This document shows positions 32,748-44,140 of a DNA stretch of 64,000 nt, piece after piece. Below the pieces are notes generated by a model. The model was given only the letters and a program-made list of their open reading frames with translations, was not told the DNA's origin and did not search any database. A program made the position numbers and the translations under genes. Each line of letters begins with the position of its first letter. Positions within the stretch are counted from its first letter, which is position 1. The DNA is from an uncultured Planctomycetaceae bacterium (GTDB lineage: Bacteria; Planctomycetota; Planctomycetia; Isosphaerales; Isosphaeraceae). The stretch covers positions 2,624,001 to 2,688,000 of the forward strand of contig CAWIAD010000001.1 of NCBI GenBank assembly GCA_963833985.1. The letters run 5' to 3'.

Positions 32748-32966
32748 CCGGGAATCTCCTTCTGGGCTTCCGAGTACGTGCCGCGACGGAAGATTCTTAT
32801 TGTAGCACGGACGGCCACGCTGCCGAGAGCAAGCGATCGAGGCCAGGCTCTCCGGGACGTGACGCCGGAATGATCCAATTTTCCCGCGCCGGCAACGAAG
32901 AGACTTCATGGCACTGCGAGAGATCCACCGCAACATGGCCCGCGTCGAGCAAGGAGAGATCATACC

Positions 32967-33300
32967 ATGGCGCTGTACTACCAGACGGAATACCGGCTCG
33001 GACGGCACGCGGGTACGGTTCGCCGCAGCTATCGCGGGCTGCAAGCGTTCCTGGCGATCGCGCTGGACCTGATGTTCGTCTTCACGTTCGAGCTCGTCTT
33101 CGCGGCGCTTTTCTTCGTACTCGCGAACCTGACGAACATTCTGAAGGTGGTGCTGTTCGCGATCCTCTACCTGTTCACCGTTCCCTTCCGGCTGGCCAGG
33201 TGGGTTTCAGACAGGTTCGAGCGAGGCCGGGCGGCTGCCGGACTCCAGCGCGGACGGGCCCATGCTCAAGCCGGCCTGGGTCGGTCGGGACGAACTCTGA
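32967..33300 (+). CDS. Small membrane hypothetical protein; probable frameshift near 33250
   Basis: AGGAG RBS; hydrophobic core; alternate frame gives MLKPAWVGRDEL-TGA at 33300, which removes the overlap with tolC. Confidence 0.6.
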
Positions 33301-33334
33301 GTCTGAGCTCCTTCGCCGAGAGACACGGATCGCA

Positions 33335-35011
33335 TCACGGCATGACCCGATGGCCGACGGCGGTGTTCAGCTTCAGTGCATTGCGGCGGTGCCGGGCCAG
33401 CGTCTGGCGGTAGTACCGGACCAGCGAGGTGCTGTCGCGTTCAATCGCCAGGAAAGCGCTCATGCTCATCTCACCTGCCCTGAGCTTCCGCAGGGCGCGA
33501 TCACGCTTCCGCTTCAAGGCCGGAACGGCTGTCTTCTCGAGCCGTTGCAGATCCGCACGGGAGCCTTTCAGGTCGCCGACGGCCTGACGCACCTCGGAGA
33601 TGACACTCTGCTCCACCGCGCGGGCCTCGACCTGGCTCTGATCGATGTTGTAGCGCGCTTTCCTCAGGTTTCCCTGGTTCCGGTTGAAGAGCGGGACAGA
33701 GATGAACAGGCCCGCGCCCCATGCGGACGTGCTCGACGTCCCTTCCGGGTGATTGTCACGATACTCGAAAGGCGTGTAGAGAAAGTAGGCGTCCGAAAAG
33801 CGCTCGGCGCGCTCCTGCATCAGCTCGGCCTGGGCCCGTTCAATCCCCAGGCGGTGGGCAACCAGGTCGGGCCGCTGCCCCAGCGCGATGGAAACGAGGT
33901 CGCCGAGAGCGGGGGGCTCCGGCCCAGGGTCCCTGAGCGTCCCCTGGAGCTTCAACGTGTCGGCCTCTCCAGCAGTGAGCCCAAGCAACTCGCCCAGCTT
34001 GCGCCTGGCTTCTTCCTGCCGCCCGCGCTGGTCTTCCCGCGACATGGCGGCCAGCTCGCGTTCGATGGTGAGGTCATCGATCGCATCCTCGTCCTCATCG
34101 CCACGCGGCAGCTTCGATCGCGCTTGTGCCAGAAGCTGGTCCAGCAGCTTCAGTCCGCGGTCCGCCGTAAGCGATGACTGCTGCTGGGCCAGCACGTCCA
34201 CGAAGGCCGTGTAGAGATTGTCAATCGCCAGCCGCACGGCGTCGCGGTACTGCGCTTCCAGAACGCACTTCTCCCGCTCGGCGACGGTGACCCGCGCCCG
34301 CCGCTTGCCGGAGTAGTCGATGGGAAATACGACGCTGATGCCCGATCCCACCTGTCCGGGACGCTGCTTCGAGTAGGCGCTGTAGGGAACCTGGTCCGTG
34401 GAATAGAAGAAGAGCGGGTTTTCTCGCAGCCCGGCAGTGAGGACATCGGCCTGGGCCTGGGGAATTTCCAGGTACTTCGACTGGAGATCCTTGTTCGAAT
34501 GCACCAGCAGATCAATGGCCGCATCGAGGCTCAGCGCCGTGGGTCCCGCCTGCTGGTCGCCCAGATCATCAAACGCGCCGGCGTCCGAGCCGGATGGCTC
34601 CTGCTCGGGAAGTGCGCCCGGCATCCGGATTTTCTCGATGGCCGGCGCCAGACCCTGTCCAATCGGAAGTCCGCCGGAGTTCGGCAGTGCATGATGGGCC
34701 GGGTTGACCGGTCGTCGAGCACGCTGCGCCAGCGGGGCGATACGCCTGTTGGGGTCCGGGCCCAGGATAACGTCCGTCGATCCCGGACTGCGGTGGAACG
34801 GACTGGCAAGGGTCCCGGGAGTACGGCCCAGGTTCGTCTTCTGGCTCTTCGACGCGTTTTCTTTTCCCTGACCGGCAAGTATGATGTCATCGGCCAGAGT
34901 CACCTGGCCGAAGCAGTTTTCCTTTCCCGGGCTCAAGGAAAGTGACAGCAGGCAGAACATCGCCACCGCTGTCCGGCGAATGCCGGCTCGACGCGCTGTG
35001 GATCCATCCAT
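33335..35011 (-). CDS. TolC/CzcC-family outer-membrane efflux protein
   Basis: LSLDAAI, AQADVLTAGLRENP, RPDL, SVPLFNRNQG; start uncertain. Confidence 0.88.
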   Translation of the reverse strand: MDGSTARRAGIRRTAVAMFCLLSLSLSPGKENCFGQVTLADDIILAGQGKENASKSQKTNLGRTPGTLASPFHRSPGSTDVILGPDPNRRIAPLAQRARRPVNPAHHALPNSGGLPIGQGLAPAIEKIRMPGALPEQEPSGSDAGAFDDLGDQQAGPTALSLDAAIDLLVHSNKDLQSKYLEIPQAQADVLTAGLRENPLFFYSTDQVPYSAYSKQRPGQVGSGISVVFPIDYSGKRRARVTVAEREKCVLEAQYRDAVRLAIDNLYTAFVDVLAQQQSSLTADRGLKLLDQLLAQARSKLPRGDEDEDAIDDLTIERELAAMSREDQRGRQEEARRKLGELLGLTAGEADTLKLQGTLRDPGPEPPALGDLVSIALGQRPDLVAHRLGIERAQAELMQERAERFSDAYFLYTPFEYRDNHPEGTSSTSAWGAGLFISVPLFNRNQGNLRKARYNIDQSQVEARAVEQSVISEVRQAVGDLKGSRADLQRLEKTAVPALKRKRDRALRKLRAGEMSMSAFLAIERDSTSLVRYYRQTLARHRRNALKLNTAVGHRVMP

Positions 35012-35272
35012 GAGCGGTGTGACCCTGGGCCTTCGAGTCGGAATCTCCGACTTCCCCATTTCCGGGACCGTGCAAACACATCGCCGTACTTCGAATGTAT
35101 CGACGGTGGGGACTGTCCAGGTGTGGCGTTTTTTTCCGGCGGTGCGGTCGAGGCGGCCCGGCAGTGCCATGGATTCCCCGGCTCGCAAACCGGATGATGC
35201 GTCAGACCACAATGGACAGGACCGCCTGCGCCTTACCGAACCGGCTTTCGTGTCGCCTGGAGGTTCCGCCTG

Positions 35273-36205
35273 GTGGATTTGCGTGTCACACTCGGCCGTC
35301 TGGAGCTCAAGAACCCGGTGCTCGTCGCGTCGGGTACGTTCGGCTACGTGCGCGAGATGGCAGGCTTCGTGCGGCTCGACCGCCTGGGTGGCGTGATACC
35401 CAAGACAGTCACTTTTCACCCGCGCGCGGCAACCCCACCCCGCGCACGGTGGAGACGGCCTCGGGTTTGCTCAACGCGATCGGCCTGGACAATGACGGAA
35501 TCGCTCACTTCCGTGACCACCACCTGCCTTACCTCCGCACGGTGGGGACCGCGGTGGTCGCCAACATCGCCGGTGAGGATGAGGACCAGTTCGTCGCCAT
35601 GGCCGAGCAGCTTGCCGAAGAACCTGGACTGGCCGCCATCGAGCTCAACGTCTCGTGCCCGAACGTGAGCCACGGCCTGGACCTGGGAATCGATGCCCGG
35701 GCCGTTGGCCGGCTTGTACAGCGGGTTCGCGCGGCTTGCCCGCTGCCGGTGATCGCCAAGCTGACGCCGAACCTCAACGACATCGTACCGATTGCCCGGG
35801 CCGCGGCAGACGCCGGCGCCGATGCCGTGAGCCTGATCAACACCATCAAGGGCATGGCCGTGGACTGGAAGCGCCGCCGGCCGATCCTGGCCAACGACAT
35901 CGGCGGGCTGAGTGGCCCGGCCATCAAGCCGGTAGCGCCTGCGCATGGTCTGGGAAGTGGCAAGCGCCATCCCGCAGCTTCCCATCATAGGCATCGGCGG
36001 CATCGCCACGGCCGCTGATGCGCTCGAGTTCCTGGTCGCCGGCGCCTCGGCCATCCAGGTGGGCACCGCAACCTTCTACCACCCGCCCGCCGCCGAGAAT
36101 GTGCTCGACGAACTACCGTTGCTGCTGGAGCAGGCGGGTGTGGGCGCGGTGAGAGATATCATCGGTACACTGAGATCGAACCGCGAGGGCGGTCAGGTCC
36201 GGTGA
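35273..36205 (+). CDS. pyrD: Dihydroorotate dehydrogenase family 1 catalytic subunit; frameshifts near 35425 and 35940
   Basis: [18 protein letters not shown]...[37 protein letters not shown] spread across three frames. Confidence 0.93.
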
Positions 36206-37593
36206 ACATCGGAATTCTGGCCGTCGATCACTGCGGCCCTCCTTCGAACGTCACAGGCATTCCGAGGCTCCGTGAGAGGAGCGCGGCAGGCCGCGATCCG
36301 GCGCTCGAGGAGCTCTCGGTCGCAGGGGAGGGTCGCAGCATCGCGTGCTTTGCTCAGGTGCGCGAAAGCGCGGTGCAGGTCTCCCGTACGTCGGTAAAGC
36401 TCACCGAGCGCTGCGTCCACCAGGTGGTAACTCCGGAGTGATGGGTCGGACGCAAACGCCTCGATCTCCCGGATGCCCGCGTCAGGGCCTTTTACGTGGG
36501 CCAGGGCGATCGCTCGGTTGAGCTGGTAGATGGCCGAGGTTCGTTGGGTCACCAGGACATCGTAGAGCCTGAGGATCGCCGGCCAGTCGGTTGCCGCAAA
36601 GCTCGGGGCCGCGCAGTGCAGCAACGCAATGCCGGCCTCCAGGTGGTAGGTCGAGACGGTCGTCCCCGCCGCCGACCTGTCGAGCAGCCAGCGCGCGCGG
36701 GCGATCAGGTCATGGTTCCACATCGAGCGATCCTGATCTTCAAGCAGCAGCAGCCGGCCCTGAGCGTCGGTGCGTGCGTCGAACCGGGCCGCATGGAACA
36801 GCATGAGTGCCAGCAGCGCGTCGGTCGCCGGGGAGCGGCAGTGGGCCTGCCCGGACAGCAGGTGGCAGAGCCGGGCGGCTTCCTCGCACAGGTCTTCCCG
36901 GATGGCCACGTCGCCGCTGGTCGCGGCATAGCCTTCGTTGAAAAGCAGGTACAGGCAACGGTGCACCGCGTCCAGCCGGCCCTGAAGCTGCTCAGCGGGG
37001 GGAACCGCAAGCTCGACGTGCTCTTCAACGAGTTGACGCCGCGCGCGCTGGATCCGTTTCTTGACAGTCTCTTCGGGCACCAGCAAACCGCGTGCGATTT
37101 CCGCATTGCTGAAGCCGCACAGCGACTTCAGTGCCAGTGCGATCTGGTTTTCGAGGGCCAGCGCGGGATGGCAGCAGGCGAAGAGCATTCGCAACTGGCT
37201 GTCCTCGAGCTGGGAATCAAGGAACAGCTCGTCGATCTCGCTCTCGCCCGCCTGCGGGTGCAAGCGGGCCCAGGCCGGCGCGATGCGGAGCAGGGTGTCG
37301 CGCTGCCGCAGCGCATCGATGACCTTGTTGCGCGCCACGCGGTGCATCCACGCCGACGGCTTCTCAGGCACGCCCTGCACGCGCCAGGCGTGCAGGGCTT
37401 CCAGGAGCGACGACTGGACCATGTCCTCGACCAGTTCGAGGTGGCGCAGCCCGAAGAGCCGCGTCAGAGCCGCGACGAGCCGTCCGTATTCATGACGGAA
37501 GAAGTGTTCGATCAGCTCTCCGGGCGTCCCCTCAGCCGTGGCGTCAAGGGATGACTGGCTCGTGAGCCGGGCCGAGGACTCGCTCATCGTCAT
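36193..37593 (-). CDS. ECF42-type sigma factor with TPR/DUF6596 C-terminal extension
   Basis: DSQLRMLFACCHP, LYLLFNEGY, LEDQDRSMW, TDWPAI; DGPF gene directly upstream. Confidence 0.9.
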   Translation of the reverse strand: MTMSESSARLTSQSSLDATAEGTPGELIEHFFRHEYGRLVAALTRLFGLRHLELVEDMVQSSLLEALHAWRVQGVPEKPSAWMHRVARNKVIDALRQRDTLLRIAPAWARLHPQAGESEIDELFLDSQLEDSQLRMLFACCHPALALENQIALALKSLCGFSNAEIARGLLVPEETVKKRIQRARRQLVEEHVELAVPPAEQLQGRLDAVHRCLYLLFNEGYAATSGDVAIREDLCEEAARLCHLLSGQAHCRSPATDALLALMLFHAARFDARTDAQGRLLLLEDQDRSMWNHDLIARARWLLDRSAAGTTVSTYHLEAGIALLHCAAPSFAATDWPAILRLYDVLVTQRTSAIYQLNRAIALAHVKGPDAGIREIEAFASDPSLRSYHLVDAALGELYRRTGDLHRAFAHLSKARDAATLPCDRELLERRIAACRAPLTEPRNACDVRRRAAVIDGQNSDVHRT

Positions 37594-37610
37594 CCCCCGC
37601 GACCGGCCGA

Positions 37611-37967
37611 TCAGCCCTGGGCGGCCGAAAGGCCAGCCATCTGGCGAATCTCCACGTGGCCGCCTTCCACCACGTTGGGACAGTTCTTCGCGAACCCGAC
37701 GGCCTCGTCCAGGCTGGCCGCCTTGACCACCGAGTAGCCCCCCACCACTTCCTTGGACTCCACGAATGGCCCATCGGTCACGACCTGATCGCGATGAACA
37801 ATCCGCGCTTCGGGCATGAGCGCATCACCTGCGTCGAGCAGCCAGCCCTCGGCAAAGCCTTGCTGGATCCATTTCGACCATCGGTCCATCGACTGCTGCA
37901 TCTGCTCGGGCGAGACCTTGCTCATGTCAAACGGCTCGCTGCGATAGATAAAAAGAAAGTTCGCCAC
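37611..37967 (-). CDS. YciI/DGPF-family protein
   Basis: VTDGPFVESKEVVGGY. Confidence 0.92.
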   Translation of the reverse strand: MANFLFIYRSEPFDMSKVSPEQMQQSMDRWSKWIQQGFAEGWLLDAGDALMPEARIVHRDQVVTDGPFVESKEVVGGYSVVKAASLDEAVGFAKNCPNVVEGGHVEIRQMAGLSAAQG

Positions 37968-38386
37968 GTCATCATCCTCCAGATCGGGATTCCGGGACTA
38001 CGTGCTCACGCTTGCCTCTGCCGGACCGGCCGCGCGATCGGTCATCGGCTCGCCGGTACGGTCGTCCTGTTGACGAACGAGCCGGTCGCCAGGGGACACG
38101 AGCTTCCTGGTTTTTTTTCGGCCATCCATGCCGTGGTGTTGCCCGGACAGGCCGCGGATTCGCGAAGCATTCTTGCAGAACGTTCTCCAGGATGAAAGCC
38201 GTAGCCGCCAGCCCGGCGCTACGTCGTGCAATGACGCTGTCGGGATGGCCAACCAATCGGCCCCTGGCCAGAGTTCTGCCCGGTGACGTTCAGGAATTCC
38301 GCAATCCTGTTCTAGGCTTCCTGGTACGGACCTGGCCCCGGCGACGTCCGCCGGGTCCGGGTACGCCGCGAGGTGCGACCTTGAAG

Positions 38387-39995
38387 ATGCACTGCTCCCT
38401 TCCGCACGTCGCCCTCCTGACCTTGCCGGATCCGCCCGTTGAGCCTGCACCAAGTGCATCTTCTCTGCCGGCCCAGCGCCAGGGGAAGGGGCCTGTCGAG
38501 CTGCTGGTCTGGTTTGCGGTCTACGCCTACGTCGCCATGCTCGTGATCCGCACCTCGTTCGATCCTGACATCTGGTGGCATCTCCGGACGGGACAATGGA
38601 TCGTCGGGCACATGGCCTTGCCAGCGACGGATCCATTCTCGAGCTTCGGCCAGGGAAGGCCGTGGGTCGCCTATAGCTGGCTGTTCGAGGTCTCGATCTA
38701 CGCCCTGCACCGTGCGTTCGGCCTCTTCGGCATCGTGCTCTACCGGGTGGCCCTTGCGTTCGCGCTCGCGGTCCTGATCCACCGCATGGTGGCCCGCCGT
38801 GAGCCGCGGTTCCTGCGCGGCCGGACTGGCTAGCCTGGCGATCGTCTCCCTGTCGGAGCTGATGAATGAGAGACCCTGGCTCCTGAGCATTTTCTTTTTC
38901 GCGATCACGCTCGACCTGGTGCTCGACCTGCGAGCCGGACGGAACCGGCGAGACCTCTGGCTGCTTCCTGCCCTCTTCGTCCTCTGGGCGAATACGCACA
39001 TCCAGTTTGTGTACGGGTTGTTTCTGCTCTTTCTTGCCTGTGCCGCACCGCTGGTCGATCGGCTCCCATGGTTCGCCGCGGACCAGGGCCCAGCAGCCAG
39101 GGCGGGCACGCCCCAGTGGCGTCAGCTCGCGGCCGTCGCCACCGCCTGCCTGCTGGCGACATTCGTGAATCCCTATCACGAACGTCTCTACGGCGTTGTA
39201 CTGGCCTACGCCCGGAGTACCGGGCTGAACAACGTGATCATCGAGTTTTTGCCGCTCAGCTTCAGGAACCCCGCGGACTGGACCTTGCTGGTGCTGACCT
39301 TGCTTGCCGCGTTTCATCTGGGAAAGCGCGGCCGGTTCTCCAGCTTCGATGCCGGCCTGCTGGCCGCTTCCGCGTATCTGTCGTTCCACTCGCGGCGCGA
39401 TGCCTGGTTCATGACACTCAGTACGCTGGCAATTCTGACCAACCAGGCGGCTGCTCACGCTTCCCTCCCGCCGGTACGCAGCAAATTCACGAGACCTCAG
39501 CTTGTCGGCCTGGCAACCTGCGTAGGCGCGGTGCTTATCGTCCTTGGCTGGCGATGCAACGTCACCCGGCTTGGCCTGAAGCATGCCGAGGCCCTGGATT
39601 ATCCGGTCGCCGCTGTGAGCTTTGTCGAGAGCAAGGGTTTTCGTGGACCCCTGTACAACACGCTTGAATGGGGCGGTTACCTCATCTGGCGGCTCCCCGA
39701 ACTGCCCGTCTCGCTCGACGGCCGGACCGACGTGCACGGCGAGACGCGGGTGATCCGCGGCGTCTCGACCTGGGGAGGGTCGCCGTACTGGCGATTGGAT
39801 CCCGAGCTTGCGTCGTCGCGGCTGGTGATTGGCCCGGTCGGTACGCCCCTCATGTCCCTGCTCCAGACCGACCCGCGTTTCGAGCTCGTCTTTCAGAACC
39901 CGCAGGCCATGGTCTACATCGCGCGCTCGAAACAGGAGAAGCAAACGGACGGACCATCGAAGCGTGATGTGGCCCAGGCAAAGGCCATCCGCTGA
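38387..39995 (+). CDS. Polytopic membrane protein, GT-C glycosyltransferase-like; frameshift near 38818
   Basis: DPDIWWHLRTGQWI...DPFS...YSWLF, then RPWL, LWANTH, NPY, WGGYLIW, DGRTD. Confidence 0.8.
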
Positions 39996-40198
39996 CCGCA
40001 CGCCGTGAAAGCCAGGTCATCCTGGTTCAGCCTGGGAGCCAGAGCGCTGCCGGTCAGGCGGCCTGCAATGGTGGCACGAAACCTTTCTCAGGTGAGTCTT
40101 CGTCCTGATCAGCCACCATGGACGCGCACGCTACCCGTACGGGTTGACGGTCAGGGCGCCTTGCCCGGGGCTGAGAGCCCTGCCTGGCCGCTCTCCGC

Positions 40199-40384
40199 GT
40201 GGGGTACGATTCCCATCGTGCCTTCCCATTCTCGTGGGGTACGATTCCCATCGTGCCTTCCCATTCTCGTGGGGTACGATTCCCATCGTGCCATCTCTGG
40301 TCCATCAGATCGAAGAAGTGACACGAATCGAATCGTGTCCCACGAGGAGATCGAAGAAGTGACACGAATCGAATCGTGTCCCAC
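40199..40384. repeat. REP/BIME-like array: three forward and two reverse GTGG-hairpin units
   Basis: GTGGGGTACGATTCCCATCGTGCC at 40199, 40234, 40269 (35-bp period); reverse GTGGGACACGATTCGATTCGTGTC at 40320-40343 and 40361-40384 (41-bp period). Confidence 0.85.
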
Positions 40385-40641
40385 AAAGAGCGGCTCCCGG
40401 TCGTCCAGGATCGCGCCAACCTGCTGAATGCCTGTCAAAGAACGATTGCGAACCTGTTCAGACCCACGAGCGTGCCGTGAGGGCTGCACGCCGCGGGAAG
40501 GGCACGAACGTCATGCCATTCCCATTCACGAGGCGAACGATTGCGCGGGCTGCGCCATGCCCGCGTCTGGCCATGGGGCTCGAAGCCGCGAGGCCTGACG
40601 GATAGCCTCTGATTTTCGTGCAATCTGGGCTCTGGACCGTA

Positions 40642-40650
40642 TGTTATAAT
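40642..40650 (+). promoter_or_regulatory. Extended -10 element upstream of the S41 protease
   Basis: Perfect TGnTATAAT in a GC-rich background. Confidence 0.5.
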
Positions 40651-40959
40651 TCGTTCGAGCGGGGACCACGGCGGAGGCCGCCTCCCGTTCCGGACCGGCG
40701 CGCCAGCAGTGAGCTCGAAGCCACGAATCACTTCCGCGGCCGTGACCGCAAACTGATTGTTGACATCATCGAACGGCAACGACGGAGTGGTGCGCGCGGA
40801 CTTGAGTTATGCCGGCCAACTGGGTTTCCGCTCCTGGACGAACACCGGATTGTTGCTGACCCGATCATCCGCTTCCCGTCCAGCTCGAACCGGGCCCACG
40901 TCAGCCTGAGGCAGACCCAATCGCGGCGTACCCTCCCGGGGATGGGAGGATGTTTGACC

Positions 40960-42648
40960 ATGCGTCGCCTGGTGACCCGGTCCGCTCTCTGGACGATCCT
41001 GGCGATGCTGGCATGGATGTCCAGCCCGTCGGCGTCAGCCCTCGCCCCCTTGTCGGATCCGCCTGCCGCGAGGAGCGTCGAGCCAAAGCCCGCCGATGAG
41101 CCGCAAGCGTTCCTGGAACGGGGGCTGGACCAGGAACGGCAGCACAACTGGGCCGCCGCCATCGAGATCTACCGCAAGGCGCTGGAGCTGTGGCCAAGCC
41201 GCACAGAGATGAGCCGCCGGCTGCGGCTCTGCGAGCTCCATTTCAAGCTGCTCCGCCGTTATCAGGACGTGAGCTTCCGCGGTGTGCTGCTCCGGCTGCC
41301 GCGCGACCAGGCCGTGGAACTGTACGGAGAGGTTCTGGACCGCATCCAGACTCACTACGTCGATCCCGTGCCGCTGGAGCCGCTGGTACGCCACGGGCTG
41401 GACAACATGGAAGTTGCACTGCGTGATCCGCTGTTCCTGAAGACCAACGTCGCGAGCTCAACGCCCGAGCGCGTGACCTGGCTGCGCGACCAGCTCCGGG
41501 CGATGCGCGGGCAGCTCGCGATTGCCAATCGTGATGGGGCCATCCAGACCGCGCTCGCCGCCAGCGAGCTGGCACGCCAGGCCGTGGAGCTCTCGCCCAC
41601 GGCGGTCCTGCTGGAATTCACCTGCGGCGCCTGCGACGCGCTGGACGACTTCACAAGCTATCTCACGCCCGACAAGCTGGAAGACCTCTATGCCATGATC
41701 GACGGCAACTTCGTCGGTCTGGGAATCGAGCTCAAGAACGATCCGCTAGGCCTCCGCCTGGTGGGCATCATCCGCGGCGGTCCCGCCTGGGAAGCGGGCA
41801 TGCAGAGCGGCGACCGGATCGTCAAGGTGGCCGGGCAGATCGTCAAGGGACTGAGCCTCGACGAGGCGGCCAACCGGCTGCAAGGTCCCGAGGGGACGAG
41901 CATCGACCTGGAGATCCTCAAGCGCGACGGCAACGTCCGCGATGTGCGCTTGATTCGCCGCCATGTCGACGTCGAGAGCATCACCCGGGCGAAGATCGTC
42001 GACACGGCCGAGGCCATCGGCTACATCCAGCTCGCGGGCTTCCAGAAAACCTCGACCGAGGAGCTGGAACAGGCCATCTCGGGCCTCCAGGCGCTGGGGA
42101 TGAGAACGCTTGTCCTCGACCTCCGCGGCAATCCGGGCGGCCTGCTCAACGTGGCCGTGGAGATCGCCGAGCGGTTCATCGACGAAGGTGTGATCGTCTC
42201 GACCCGCGGTCGAGCCTCCGGGCAAAGCCAGATTCTGCGCGCCGGCGGCAAGGCGCGGTGGCGGATGCCGCTCTACGTGCTGGTGGATCACGACAGCGCC
42301 AGCGCCAGCGAGATCCTTGCCGGCGCGCTCCAGGACCATCGCCGCGCCACGGTGATTGGCGAACGGACTTATGGCAAGGGCTCGGTACAGAGCATCTTCT
42401 CCCTCCGCTCGGCCCCGGCCGGACTCAAGCTCACAACCGCCAAGTTCTACTCACCGCGCAACCGTCCCTACAGCGAGCAGGGCGTGACACCGGACGTCCC
42501 CATCAGCACGCGGGTCGCCGCCAAGCCCGCCGCGGACAAAGGCGACGATCCCCAGATCGATGACGCGGTCGTGGGCGATCCCGGGCTCGACCAGGTCCTC
42601 GCCGCGGCCATCCGCGCCGCGAAAGGCCGCAGCCAGGCCGCCCGCTGA
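40960..42648 (+). CDS. Carboxy-terminal processing protease, S41 family (TPR-like, PDZ, catalytic)
   Basis: Signal peptide; GLGIEL PDZ, LDLRGNPGG, SASASE, TYGKGSVQ. Confidence 0.93.
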   Translation: MRRLVTRSALWTILAMLAWMSSPSASALAPLSDPPAARSVEPKPADEPQAFLERGLDQERQHNWAAAIEIYRKALELWPSRTEMSRRLRLCELHFKLLRRYQDVSFRGVLLRLPRDQAVELYGEVLDRIQTHYVDPVPLEPLVRHGLDNMEVALRDPLFLKTNVASSTPERVTWLRDQLRAMRGQLAIANRDGAIQTALAASELARQAVELSPTAVLLEFTCGACDALDDFTSYLTPDKLEDLYAMIDGNFVGLGIELKNDPLGLRLVGIIRGGPAWEAGMQSGDRIVKVAGQIVKGLSLDEAANRLQGPEGTSIDLEILKRDGNVRDVRLIRRHVDVESITRAKIVDTAEAIGYIQLAGFQKTSTEELEQAISGLQALGMRTLVLDLRGNPGGLLNVAVEIAERFIDEGVIVSTRGRASGQSQILRAGGKARWRMPLYVLVDHDSASASEILAGALQDHRRATVIGERTYGKGSVQSIFSLRSAPAGLKLTTAKFYSPRNRPYSEQGVTPDVPISTRVAAKPAADKGDDPQIDDAVVGDPGLDQVLAAAIRAAKGRSQAAR

Positions 42649-42892
42649 CCCTGGGCCGGAGCAGCCGGCCGTCCTCCGCGCGGTGAACCGTGACATGGCC
42701 CGAGCGCGCGACCCGGCCGCGCCGGGCTCGCATCCGGTCTGGCCAGGGCTGCACCGCGATGGGCATAATACGTCGTTCCGCTTCTGGGTCCCGGGTCATT
42801 CGCCCGTGATTCCGTCGAAAACACCGCGAGCCGCTGGGCCCGTCCGCCCGGGTCTCCCTTGCGCTCGATCCCACTTCGAGGAGACGCATGCG

Positions 42893-44140
42893 ATGCCAGA
42901 GCACGAAACCCTTCATACCGGCCGGCGCGCGTTCTTGCAGGCTGGCGCGGTGGCCACGGCGGCTGCGGTTCATTCGGCCTCGACCCCGGCGGCAGCCGGC
43001 GCACAGCAGGAGGCGACCAAGCCGGTGGAGCTGCCCCGGCGGACCCTGGGCAAGTCGGGCGTGCCGGTGACCATCCTCGAGCAGGGAACCGTGCTCGGAG
43101 CCGGGTTCGACCGCGTCATGCGGCTCTCCTATGCCAGTGGCGTCCGGGTTTTTGACACCGCCAAGGTCTACCGCTCAGAAGGTCTGTTCAAGAAGTGGTT
43201 CGAACAGTCGCCCGATGTCCGCAAGCAGATCTTCCTCGTCACCAAGGACATGGTCCACACGCCGTCACAGATGCTGAAGATGGTGGACGAGCGTCTGGCA
43301 GCGCTTGGGACTGACTACATCGACATGTATTTCATCCATGGGCTGGGCGATGAGCACTCGCTCGATGACGCGATCAACCTCGTCAAGGGCCGGGAACTCA
43401 AGGAAGTGGCGGAGGCGCTGCGGAAGTCGGGCAAGGCGAAGTTCATCGGTTTCTCCACGCACCACAAGAACCGCGCCCAGATCATGGACGCCGCCGCCGG
43501 TGCGGGCATCGTCGACGCCATCATGCTCCAGTACCACCCCTGGCTCGACAAGGACTCGCCGCTGAACAAGGCGATCGACGCCTGCTGGAAGAAGGGCATC
43601 GGCCTGATCTCCATGAAGCAGATTGCCAGCCATTATTTCGGCGATGCCCCCAAGGGGAACATCCTCGACGACGTGGTTGCCAAGGTGCCCTTGCTCAAGG
43701 AGCGCAACCTCACGAAATTCCAGGGGTTACTGCACGCCATCTGGACCGATGAGCGGATCAGCTGCGTGTGCACGTCGATGCGGAACACCGACCAGATTCG
43801 CCAGAACGTGGATGCCGCCCGGCGCTACGAGCCGGTCAAGGACGCAGACATCTCGCAGCTCCGCGACGCCCTGCTCGCCGCCGGGCCCATGATGTGCGCC
43901 GATTGCGACGGCCGCTGCTCCGAAGCAGGCGCAACCAGCGCCGAGCTGGGGAACCTGACGCGGTTCCTCACCTATCACGAGCATCACGGATATCGCGCCG
44001 AGGCCCGGCGGCAGTACGCCCAGCTTCCGGCCGAAGCGCGCGACTGGACCGGCGCCGACCTGGAGGCCGCACGAGCGGCCTGCCCGAACCGGCTTGACTT
44101 CGCCCGGCTCTTGCCCGAGGTGGACCGGCTACTCGGTTAA
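42893..44140 (+). CDS. Tat-exported aldo/keto reductase with Cys-rich C-terminus
   Basis: GRRAFL; FDTAKVY, TDYIDMYFIH, GFSTH; CADCDGRC...CPNRLD. Confidence 0.9.
   Translation: MPEHETLHTGRRAFLQAGAVATAAAVHSASTPAAAGAQQEATKPVELPRRTLGKSGVPVTILEQGTVLGAGFDRVMRLSYASGVRVFDTAKVYRSEGLFKKWFEQSPDVRKQIFLVTKDMVHTPSQMLKMVDERLAALGTDYIDMYFIHGLGDEHSLDDAINLVKGRELKEVAEALRKSGKAKFIGFSTHHKNRAQIMDAAAGAGIVDAIMLQYHPWLDKDSPLNKAIDACWKKGIGLISMKQIASHYFGDAPKGNILDDVVAKVPLLKERNLTKFQGLLHAIWTDERISCVCTSMRNTDQIRQNVDAARRYEPVKDADISQLRDALLAAGPMMCADCDGRCSEAGATSAELGNLTRFLTYHEHHGYRAEARRQYAQLPAEARDWTGADLEAARAACPNRLDFARLLPEVDRLLG

Noticed and set aside
33335..35011. TolC as part of an efflux or type I secretion operon
   Set aside because: No adjacent membrane-fusion, RND or ABC genes, so no system can be assigned.
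35273..36205. Programmed frameshifting or true pseudogenes in pyrD, hemY, hemH and others
   Set aside because: No slippery heptamers and no other decay; recurring small indels in the same context point to sequencing error.
40199..40384. CRISPR array
   Set aside because: Linkers are identical and short, units occur in both orientations, and there are no cas genes; it fits REP/tandem repeats.
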